From: Narcine bancroftii
Lineage: Eukaryota
DNA: 64,000 nt
Assembly: GCF_036971445.1 (NCBI RefSeq)
Contig: NC_091479.1
Coordinates: 75,516,001-75,580,000, forward strand
Reading direction: 5' to 3'
The notes beneath the pieces are model-generated. The model was not told where the DNA came from. It worked only from the letters and a program-made list of their open reading frames with translations, and made no database searches. Below, one piece after another: positions 12,248 to 22,941 of this stretch. The first letter of the stretch is position 1; each line of letters begins with the position of its first letter. The translations under genes were made by a program, and so were the position numbers.

Positions 12248-12405
12248 TTTACATGGGTTTAACACTTAACCGACTTTATATTCCTTGAGCTGCTTCAACT
12301 GACTTCCAACAACCAACCCCTGTCATGTGTCACTTCTGGTTTCCACCCAACCGTGCGCACTGCATGCTGGGAAATGTAATTCTTTTGTACGCGCATAATA
12401 ACACA
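12248..12405 (-). repeat. 5' LTR, lacking its distal (U5) end
   Basis: Aligns to about 8543-8695 (roughly 80-85% identity by eye) and stops after ...aaacccatgtaaa. Confidence 0.85.
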
Positions 12406-13194
12406 ATGACAAGTAGATTTAACAATTAGACCCCAGATGCACAGTGGTTTACAAATTGCTGTTAAAAGTGACTTGAACCTGCAATGCTTTTAATGCACTG
12501 GTAATGGCTATAATACTGCACAATTGATCAGCATCATTCCACTCAGGCCAGTTTTAATGTTGCCCGGTGGGCATGTCAGCCATGAGTAAAGGACATGCTG
12601 AGGTCGCTCAAAATGCCTTTGTAAAAGCTAATTTATTTTTCTAATTCAAGTCAGTTTATCAATCCAGACTCATGCTTTAGCTTTCCTCCTTGTTGCTACA
12701 TTAAGTAGGTCTTGAAACAATTCACATTTGTTTCTACATTTTCATGGAATTTTTATTTTGGGCAGAAATGGACTGAAGATAATTCCTGAATTTTGACTGG
12801 TTTGAATTTCTTGCCCTTTGTCTTGACCTCTCAATCTGAATGAATTTTTGAAACTCTACAATATTGCTACATCAGAAGTAATATCTGCACGAAGAATTTG
12901 AATTCAAATTCATCCATGGAGTTTGCATTGGTCCATTTTCAATCCCATTTTATTTTTATGTGTAATTAAGTGCATCCGAACATTTGGATTTATCTGTATT
13001 TTCTGGTTTGTCCTTTCCCATTTGGTTGCTCTTCGAAGGGTGGTAACATTGGCGTATCTAGCTATTTGGCATTCAGAATGCAGCTGATTGGTATAAATTA
13101 AAACATCAGCTGTTTAAACACTGAAAACATGGTCAAAATTTTGTTTGTCCTCCAAAATGATTGCAGCAAGTGTTTCATTGTTTATTCTTCAGCA

Positions 13195-13790
13195 AATCTT
13201 GACAAGTTTATTGTCATCTGATTATACAAGTACAACCTGACAAAACAGCGTTCTCCAGTCTTGGTTCAAAAAAATGTAGACACACGGTTGGGTGTACACG
13301 TACAGGCAAACAAACATATGCAATATTCATATTATATACAAATAAATAAATATTGTTTCAGAAATATGAAAACTATGTGGTTAGTGTGAACAGTTCCTTT
13401 GGTTGTTCAGCATTCTCGCTCCCCATAGGAAGAAGCTGCTTCTTTGCCTGATGGTGCTGGCTCTGATCCTCCTGTATCTTTTTCCTGAAAGGTGCAGCTA
13501 AAAGATGCTCTTTTTTGAAGGGTGGAAGGGGTCCTCACTGATTTTGCACGCCCTCTTCAGACAATGATCCTGGTAGATTATGTCGATTGGAAGGAGGGAG
13601 ACTCCAGTGATCCTCCCTCCCATTCTTGGACTCCGATCTATTTCTCTGCAGCAACCATGCACACTGTGATGCAGCTGGCCAGGACGACCTTGATAGAGCT
13701 TCTGTAGAAGGTTGACATAATGATGGCCAGTAGCCTTGCCTGTTCAGGAAGTGCAGTCACTGTGGCGCCTTCCTGACAAGTGGAGAGATG
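13195..13790 (-). mobile_element. Rex1/Babar-type LINE 3' fragment
   Basis: Tail caagtttattgtcatctgattatacaagtacaacc is shared with 29583; the body matches 29820-30050. Confidence 0.7.
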
Positions 13791-14392
13791 TTCCAGGATC
13801 TGCCCCAAATCTCGACAAGGTTTAACTTAACAACTGACTTCTGCATTGCACTTTATCAAATATTCTCTAGAAATCCAGAAGTGACGATCTTCTTCGATTG
13901 AGAATTGCTCAAGTATTTCAAGGAGGTTATTTGGGCAGGAATTTCACCATCTGAAATAATACCAGTGATCAGCTGGTTGAGGGGTTTTTATTGCACTAGA
14001 TGTCCCCAGTGTTCAGCTGCTCCAGGTTTAGTGCTACATGACTAGTTTTATCATGTGATCTCCTTTCCCCAACAAGCAGGCACATGTGACTACAGATGCT
14101 GAAACCTGAAGTGAAGAAACAAACTGCTGTAGAATTCACCAAGTCAGTCCTGAAGATCCAAACCACCAACTATCTTTTGCCTTCACAGACGCTGCTTGAC
14201 TTCGCTCCCTCCAACTACTTTATCCACTGTTATGTAATCAACCATTTTGCAGCTCCTTGTTTTTCCACTCTAATGAAGTCTTCATTAACTAACAACATTT
14301 CAGTTTTATAACAGACATTCAAAACAGAGTATTTTTTAAATTCAGAAAAATTTATTGTTATGAACATGTCACAAAATTTGTTGATTTGTGGC

Positions 14393-14596
14393 AAGACCGC
14401 AGAGCCCACCTCACTGACAAAAGACAAAGGAGGAAAAACTCAACACCCAACCCCAACCAATCAATTTTCCCTTGCAACCGCTGGAACCGTGCCTGCCTGT
14501 CCCACATCGGACTTGTCAGTCACCCACGAGCCTGCAGCAGACGTGGACATACCCCTCCATAAATCTTCGTCCGCGAAGCCAAGCCAGAGAGGAAGA
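14393..14596 (+). mobile_element. RTE LINE 3' fragment
   Basis: Near-identical to the 3' end of 18919-19629 (aagaccgcagagcccacctcactgacaaaag...gcgaagccaagcca). Confidence 0.9.
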
Positions 14597-14599
14597 CAG

Positions 14600-15990
14600 G
14601 TGCAAATATTGCTAAATTAACTGCAAAATAAGATAAAGTGAGCAAGTTTCTGTGGTTCATTTTCCATTCAGAAATCTGATGGCAGAGGGGAAGAAGCTGC
14701 TTTTGAATCATTGGGTGTTTGTCTTCAGACTCCTGTACCTCATTCCTGATGGTAGCAGTGTGAAGAGGGCATGGCCTGGGTAGTGAGGATCCTTGAGGAT
14801 AGAAGCTGCTTTTGTAAAATACTGCCGCTTCTTGATGCTCTTGATGGAGTGAAGACTGGTGTTCATGATGGCGCTGGCCGAGTTCACAACTACGTAGTCT
14901 TTCCTGTCCTGTGCATTGGCATCTCCATGCTAGACGATGTAACCGGTCAGAATGTTTTTCAAATTTTTGTAGAAATTTGCAAGAATCTTTGGTGACATAC
15001 TGAATCTCCTCACGAAGTATAGCCACTGGCGAACCTTCTTCATGATTGCATCAACTTGGAGACTCCAGGATAGATCTTCAGAAATATTTGAAATTCTTAA
15101 CCTTTTTCACTGTTGACTCCTCGATGAGGACTGGTTTGTGTTCTCCTGATTTTATTCCCCCCTCCTAAAGTTCCATAGTTGAGTGCAAGGTTATTGTAGT
15201 GACTCCACTCAACTAGCTGATCTATCTCCTTGCTGTCCACACTCTCATTGCCGTCTGTGATTCTGCTTATGACGTGGTGTCATCGGCAACTTTGTAGGTA
15301 GTATTTGAATTGTACCTTGCCACACAGTCATGGGTGTAGAGTGAATAGAGTAGTGGGCTAAGCACGCATCCTTGAGGTGAGCCTGTGTTGATTGTCAGTG
15401 AGGAGGAGACGTTTTTTCCGATTAGGCACTTCGATAATGTAGTCAAGGATCCAGTTTCAAAGGGTGTGCAGAGGGCCATGTTTTGGAGCTTGTTGTCCAG
15501 TAATGAGGATGTGACGGTGTTGAATTCAATGCTGTATTCAATGAAATGTAGCGTGATGTACATGTTCCTGTTGTCTAGGGCTGAGTGGAGAGCCAGTGAG
15601 ATTGCATCTGCTATGGAATAATTGTGGCAGTCAGTAAATTGCAGTGGGTACAGATATTTACTTGGGTACAACCTCTCAAAGCATTTCATCGTAGTAGATG
15701 TGAGTGCTAGTAGGCGATAATCATGGAAGTAGCTCAATCTGCTCTTCTTGGACACCGGTATGATCGATGCATTTTTTGAAGCAGGTCCATAAGGAGTAAA
15801 GAGAGATTGAAAATATCCATGTACACTCCAGTTAGTTGGTTGGCATAGAAATTCAGTACGCTGTCAGGTACGCCATCAGGGTCTGATGCCTCTCTTGAAG
15901 GATATTCTGATATTGGCCTCAGTGACAGATACCATAGGGTCGTCATCTTCTGCAGAGATTCTCATTGGTACCTGTTTTCCTTTTCAAAAG
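14600..15990 (-). mobile_element. Rex1/Babar-type LINE, RT region
   Basis: DYRLLALTSTTMKCFERL...INTGSPQGCVLSPLLYSLYTHDCVARYNSNTTYKVADDTT. Confidence 0.9.
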
Positions 15991-16381
15991 AAGCATAAGG
16001 CAGGACGTTGCTCCGCCGACTCACGCTCAATGGTTACGTGACATTTTGTCACGTTTAAATTCAGAGAAGATTTGATGCTCAATATCGGATTTGAATTTAA
16101 ATTTTCAAACTCTGTGGGGACCCTTTTTGAATTACTTTGAAAATATTTGATTTGGTATTAATGCAGAAGTGTTGGCTAATAAAGTCATTTATTACTGTGA
16201 CAGGGATTTTTTTTTCTTTGCCAAACAGCTTTGGTTTTGGTAATGGGATTAGATTTTTGTTTTATAATAAAATATTACTTAATATAATTTGCTTGATTAG
16301 GAATGCGGAGTACTGTGGATGAAATAGTAAAATCTGAGTGTAGTATTCTGTACTTTTTAAATATTTTGACTTTTAATATAC

Positions 16382-16610
16382 GTAGTGGTTAGCGCAACGC
16401 TTTTATAGCACCAACAATCGGGACACGTCCTCGGTTCGAATCCCATGCTGTCTGTAAGGAGTTTGTACATTCTCCCCATGACTGCGTGGGTTTTCTCTGG
16501 GGACTCCAATTTCCTCCCACCCTTCAATAATGGTTAATGGGGAATAATTTGGGCGGCAAAGACTCGAAGGGCTTAATTATCCTGTCAGAGTGCAGTATGT
16601 CTAATTTAAT
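16382..16610 (+). mobile_element. tRNA-derived V-SINE-like element
   Basis: A-box tagtggttagcg, B-box ggttcgaatcc, V-domain gtttgtacattctccccatgactgcgtgggttttctc...tttcctccca. Confidence 0.8.
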
Positions 16611-17889
16611 TGAATATGTATTAGTGTGTATTCTCTATTTTTTGTTTTGATGTGGAATTTCAATAAAAATATTGGAAAAGGAAAGCAAGTATAAAAGGTG
16701 TTCAGCATCACAGCCATTTATGATGTCAGCTTTGTCTTGTGGGGAGTAGTGGCCTGCACTCTCTGCCATAGCTGGTGATTATCTGACTGTCTCTAACTTC
16801 GCTTGGAATTGCCTCTTTGTTGCTGACAAAACCTTATGTAGGTGTTACCTGGACTTTTCATTCTGGGTGATTCCACTCACTGGAGACTAAATTGTTCTTG
16901 GTTTAGGTATCACTTTCTTGGAAACCTTGCACGTGTACTATTTATATTATTGTTTTGCAGGCTTTACCAGTCGATGATGATTGCCTCTTTGATACTGATT
17001 TTGCATGGGCGAATGCGGAATTGGTTCAGCCTTATGCTCATCCTGTAATGATGGGACCAGGGAGAGTTACCTAGTGAAGGTACTGCTAAGAGTGGGGGTG
17101 GGGGCAAGATGGTGAAACCACTATCGAATGTAACATTTAAAAGGCAGTTGGACAGGTTCAGGAACAGGCAGGAGATGAAGGAATACAGATCATGTGCATG
17201 CAGCTGGGGTAAGTGGAAATTGGCATCATGGGCCAAAGGGCCTGTTTGTTTGCTTTATTTTTCTATGCACTGGACTGATATCCAACTCTTTCTCATTTCC
17301 TGATTTATGATCATGTTGCTCATTCTGTGAGTTCTAATGCACGTACATTTATTTTTACTGCAGTTACGTCACCAAACTTAACTGCCATCACGTGTACAGA
17401 TAGAAAACAACTGCCTCTGAGACCAACACAATTATTTTACATTTCTATTGCTAGTGTGGTACAAACGGCTGGATGTCCCGCAATCCTAAATGTGTTTTAT
17501 TATTGTATATGGGAGAGCCAGAAGCTACATTCAGAGACCCCAAATTCTTCAGATGGAAACCAGCACACAATGTTCACTGCATGGCTCTTGCACTAAATGA
17601 TTGGCAGTAAATTCTCCAATCTCAAATATTTAATGGGCTTGACTGGTGATATTTGAAGATGCGCTTTGAGCCACAGCAGAGTTGTTCTGTCTGTTGTGTA
17701 ATGAATAGCTGCCCTTTGTAGTCAGGAACTGTGATTCTCAATGCTGCTCATGTTGGTGATTGTGGTCTCTGAGAACTCTTTGTAGAGTTAATAAATCATA
17801 ATGAATCCTCAGGACCACTTGGATTCAGTAAAAGGGATCTTCAGTAAAAGATCTGCAATAATTATTCAAAACTCATTCTTATACTTCCT

Positions 17890-18790
17890 TACTCACCACC
17901 TTCCAGGTGAAGCGAGGATTCACGTGCTCTACATCCATCTTTGCCTACTGAACTTGGTGTTCCCAATGCAACCTGCTCTCCATGGGCGGGACTGTGTAGG
18001 CTGTACAACTGATTTGTAGAGCACCTTGTTCCAAGAGCTCCCAGTTGCCATTTCAACCACCACCACCCCCCCCCCCCCCCCACATCTGACCACCCTCTGT
18101 CTTCTCCATTTCCAGTGTGTGCCCAACATAAACTAAAGGATTAATGCCCATGGAAGTTTCTACTTCCGGTCACTCTAATCTCCTTTGTATCTCCAGGCCT
18201 CACATTTTTGTCCCTTTCCTCATAACTGCCATCCAGCTGTCTGGTCACCCATTTTTTTTCTCCTTCCTAATTCTATCCACGTACTATCCATATATATAAA
18301 ACTCATCCGATCCTTCTCCCATTCAGCTCTATTTTCCTTTCCCCTCTCCCCAAATGGTTTCCATTATCACCTGCCTTACTAATCACATTCCAGCATTGGT
18401 AGCCTTTGTATTCCCTTCTATCATTCTCCAGCAGCTGTCTCCAGGATTACCCATTCCTCTCTGCCCCCCCCCCCCCCAAAAACCTGGCTCCACCTGTCCT
18501 TTAAATAATCTGTCAATTTCCACCTCTCACCCCACCCCTCTGTCTCCCAACATCCCTACCTGTCAATCATTCTTTCTTTCCCTCTCAGTCTACTGATCAC
18601 CTACTGGCTTTCTGCTTTTTCCCCCTCTTCCCTCCAATTTTTTTTAAACACCATCTATCTTTCTGCTCAACTCCCAGTCCTGATGCAAGATGACCTGAAG
18701 CATCGATAGTTCCTTTCCCTCGTACAACTTCTTGACCCACAGAGCTCCTAAAGCAGCTTGTTCTTTGGCCCAGATTTCAGCAACTGTAGA
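17890..18790 (+). mobile_element. Penelope-like element, degenerate 3' part
   Basis: ccttccaggtgaagcgaggattcacgtgc and cccagttgccatttcaa resemble the Penelope fragments at 37790-38310 and 61360-61530, followed by a pyrimidine-rich tail. Confidence 0.5.
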
Positions 18791-18918
18791 ATTGCAGTCT
18801 CTTGTGCCTTTCCCATTAGTTCTGGAACCAGACTGTTTTGCTTGGTGACTGTTGGGATCTGCTGAGGGGTTCGCAAATTCTGGATAGCATAAAAAGACAT
18901 GGGAGAGTGTTTTACCTT

Positions 18919-19629
18919 TAGCGCCTTTGGAAGACTACACAAAAGAGTCTGGAAAAACAACCAACTGAAAAACCTCACAAAGATAAGCGTATACAGAGCC
19001 GTTGTCATACCCACACTCCTGTTCGGCTCCGAATCATGGGTCCTCTACCGGCACCACCTACGGCTCCTAGAACGCTTCCACCAGCGTTGTCTCCGCTCCA
19101 TCCTCAACATCCATTGGAGCGCTTTCATCCCTAACGTCGAAGTACTCGAGATGGCAGAGGTCGACAGCATCGAGTCCACGCTGCTGAAGATCCAGCTGCG
19201 CTGGATGGGTCACGTCTCCAGAATGGAGGACCATCGCCTTCCCAAGATCGTGTTATATGGCGAGCTCTCCACTGGCCACCGTGACAGAGGTGCACCAAAG
19301 AAAAGGTACAAGGACTGCCTAAAGAAATCTCTTGGTGCCTGCCACATTGACCACCGCCAGTGGGCTGATATCGCCTCAAACCGTACATCTTGGCGCCTCA
19401 CAGTTCGGCGGGCAGCAACCTCCTTTGAAGAAGACCGCAGAGCCCACCTCACTGACAAAAGACAAAGGAGGAAAAACCCAACCCCAACCCACCAATTTTC
19501 CCCTGCAACCGCTGCAACCTTGTCTGCCTATCCCGCATCAGACTTGTCAGCCACAAACGAGCCTGCAGCTGACGTGGACTTTTTACCCCCTCCATAAATC
19601 TTCGTCCGCGAAGCCAAGCCAAAGAAGAA
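18919..19629 (+). mobile_element. RTE-clade LINE, 5'-truncated, little diverged
   Basis: Open frame KISVYRAVVIPTLLFGSESW...QLRWMGHVSRMEDHRLPKIVLYGELSTGHRDRGAPKKRYKD; tail gcgaagccaagccaaagaagaa. Confidence 0.92.
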
Positions 19630-20279
19630 ATACCTAACAATAGATAAATTATTAACTAATAAAAGTGATTTTTCTGAATTAGTTGTTTAGAAAGTAAGCT
19701 GTTTCTTTTTGAAGCCCCAAAGCACTTTGCAACCAATAAATTGCTTTTGAAGGAGTTCCGGTTGTAATGTACACGGCAAGCAGTTCACCCAGAAAACACT
19801 CAAACAGCAACTTGATAATGACCAGACAACTTGTTTACAAAATGTGAAGGAAGAAGGGATAACTTCCACGCTTCAAATCTGTGCTGTGGAATTTCTTGTT
19901 TCCCACTAAGGTCCTAGGTTTTCTTGCCATCCAAATGATGGCAATTCTGAGAATGTAGCACTCCCTCAGCACTGTGTGGAACAGCAAGATAGGGTTATTC
20001 ACACAAGTATTGGAGTGGACCTGAACATGCAATCTATTGATTGAGCAAGAGTATCCTCCTGTAACCCACAGCTGACAGTATTTAGCAATATGTAAGATGC
20101 ATCAGGCCATTAAAAATGTGCTTGGACAAGCCATAACATTTTCTAATATGTTTCATTGGTACTAGTCACAAATTAAAACAACACTGTGACCTTTCAGGGG
20201 TTTCAGTGAAGAATCCCTCAGCAAGATACTAATGGCACCTTTCAGGTAAAGTTGGCAAAGATGGACACAACTTTTGGAT

Positions 20280-22390
20280 AACGTGACGGTTATGTCCCAG
20301 TCCTGCTCCTCCGACCTGGAACATCTGACGATTAAGTGCCACCAAGTCTACCTGCTGAGGGAGTTCACTGCATCATCCTGGTCGCAGTGTACATTTTGCC
20401 CCAAGCTAATGTCAAGCTGGCACTGGAGGGACTGAACATTGTGATTAACAGATGTGAGACAGCACATCCTGATACCTTCCTGATATCTTCCTCAGACCAA
20501 CCCGAAGAAGTTGCTGACAAACGACCACCAACGCACCACATGTGACCATGGGAGCCAACACACTCGTCCTCTGCTACACCACCATAAAGAACGCCTACCA
20601 AGCCATACCAGGACCGCACTTCGGCAAGTCTGATCACCTGGCTATACTTCTACTCCCGGCGTACAGCAGAGACTGAGGACTACAGCACCAGTAGTGAAGA
20701 TGGCAAAAGTGTGGTCAAGGGAGATAGAGGAGGTATCTGCAGAACTGCTTTGAATTGGTGGATTGGAACATATTCAAAAACTTATCACCGACTTCATTGA
20801 GATCTGTGTGAACGAGTGTGTGCCAAAGCACGGGTGTTTCCCAAACAAAGGCCTTGGTGGAATCAGAGGATTCGCAACCTGCTGAGGCTGAGAATAAGGG
20901 CATTTAAGGCCGGTGATCGGGATCTTTACAAGAATTCCAGGTACAATCTGCAGAAGGCTAACTCTAAACTAAAATGGCAATTCTGGAGGAAGCTAGAGAC
21001 AGATACACGCCAGCTATGGCAGGGAGTGGAGGCCATTACACCCTACAAAGTGAGGGAAAACACCATAGATAGCTGTGATGCCTCATTACCTGATGAGCTG
21101 AACACCTTCTATACCCATTTTGAGAAGGAGAACCAAACAGTGTCTACTAGAATCCCTGCAAAGGCTGAGGACTCTGTGATATCAGACTTCAGAACATCAT
21201 TCAAGAGGATGAACCCGCACAAAGCAGGGTACTGAAAATCTGCGCCAACCAACTAGCTGGAGTGTTTACAGATATTTTCAACCTCTCAACTGCTACAGTC
21301 AGAGGTTCCTCCCACTTCAAAAGGGCATCAATCAAACCGGTGCCTAAGAAGATCCTTGTGAGCTGCCTCAACGACTAGCGCTAACTTCTACGTCGATGGA
21401 ATGCTTTGAGAGGCTGGGCGCGGCCAGAATTAACATGTCCGAAGCAAAGGTCTGGATCCACTTCAATCTGCCTATTGTCACAATTGCTCCTCAGGATACA
21501 CAATATTGCTGACTCTCCACTCAGCTCTGGATCACCTCGAAAACAGCAACTCACACATATGGTTGCTCTTTATCGACTACTGATTATCAACACAGGCTCA
21601 CCTTAAGGATGCGTGCTTAGCCCACTGCTCTACTCATGACTGTGTGGCCAGACACAATTCCAAAGCCATCTAAAATTTGTCAATGACACCACAGTTGTTG
21701 GCAGAATCACAAACGGCAATGAGGAAGTGTACAGGAGGGAGATGGATCAGCTCGTTGAGTAGTGTCATGCCAACAATGTTGCACTCAACATTAGCAAAAC
21801 TGAGGAGATGATCGTGGAGTTCAGGAGGAAGGCAGGGGGATACAATCCAGTTCTCATACAGGGCTCAGTGATGAAGTGGGTCAAGAACTTCAAATTCCTG
21901 GGTGTCAACATCTGTCCTGGAGCCTCCATGTCGATTCAATCCCAAAGAAGGCTCGCCAGCGGCTATACATAGTGAGGTGCTTGAGGAGATTCAGTATGTC
22001 ACCGAAGACTCTCGAAAACTTCTACTGGAGTACTATGAAGAACATTCTGGCTGGTTGCATCACTTTCTGGTATGGAGGCACCAACTCTCAGGACAAGAAA
22101 AAACTCCACAAGGTTGTTAACTCAGCCTGTGACCATTCCATTGAGGACATCTACATGAGGCCATGCTTAAAAAAGTAGCCTCTACCCTCAAAGACCCCCA
22201 TCATTTAGGCCATGCCCTCTTCACTCTGCTACCATCGGGGAAAAGATACAGGAGCCTGAAGATGAGCACTCAGCGGCACAAGGGCAGCTTTTTCCCTGCT
22301 GCCGTTAGATTCCTGAATAATCAATGAACCAAAGACACTGCCTTGCTTTTTGTGCACAATTCTGATTATTTATCTATTTATTTATTTATT
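20280..22390 (+). mobile_element. Rex1/Babar-type LINE (end of endonuclease plus RT), degenerate
   Basis: IILVAVYILPQAN; HFGKSDHLAILLLP; FPKQRPWWNQ; RT-region ggatgcgtgcttagcccactgctctac; KKARQRLYIVRCLRRF. Confidence 0.9.
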
Positions 22391-22728
22391 TTAAAAAGCG
22401 GTTTATATGAATATTTTCACAATGATGCTTAGCTGAATATTTGCATTTGTAAGAAGTTGGTGTCCACACTTGCACTATTGGCACTGATTGCCTCACCATT
22501 TTTAACCACAAATAATTTTCTTGGTCCAGCCAGTATAAGGTCTTTGTTTAACTGCCTATTTTGGGTTTGTTGCTGTAATTTTTTTTGAGAGAGGAAGAAT
22601 TGTATTTTATATATCATTGATTAGTAATTAGGCATGAAAGCTCTTTATACCTGATTGCAGCAATCCTTAATAACTTTGTGTCCAAGCATTCAAAATGGAT
22701 TAAATGTATCATTGTGTTTATTTTTCAG

Positions 22729-22941
22729 GCATTTGGACAAGCATATTCCAACCACCGCAAAGTTGCAGAAGATGGTGAGACCCGTGAGGAAACTCTTCTG
22801 CAAGAGTCTGCATCGAAGGAAGCGTATTATCTTAGTAAGATCCTGGAGCTACAAACCGATATAAAGCAAGTCAGGACCGTGGTGGTCAATGTCCAGTCTG
22901 AAAATGAACGGCTCAGTGCTGTTTCAGTGGATCTGAAGGAG
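22729..22941 (+). CDS. BICD1: BICD1 (Bicaudal D homolog 1, dynein cargo adaptor) internal coding exon, equivalent to exon 2
   Basis: Acceptor tttttcAG|GCA and donor GAG|GTaatt; 213 nt, phase 0/0. Peptide [71 protein letters not shown] matches recalled vertebrate BICD1 ([26 protein letters not shown]). Confidence 0.95.

Larger units (their letters stand above)
8505..12405 (-). mobile_element. Rearranged Gypsy/Ty3 LTR retrotransposon carrying captured host mRNA fragments
   Basis: Direct-repeat LTRs at 8505-8695 and 12248-12405 with TG...CA termini; flanks ATGAT (8500-8504) and ATGAC (12406-12410); PPT aaggggaaaga on the minus strand at 8706-8696; gag/pol relic inside. Confidence 0.9.

Noticed and set aside
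8505-12405. Functional link between the cargo (nuclear pore, motor-associated scaffold) and the host gene BICD1 (dynein adaptor)
   Set aside because: Thematically tempting, but nothing in the sequence supports targeting; treated as coincidence.
16382-16450. tRNA gene
   Set aside because: A and B boxes are present, but I could not form a cloverleaf and the sequence continues into a V-SINE body.
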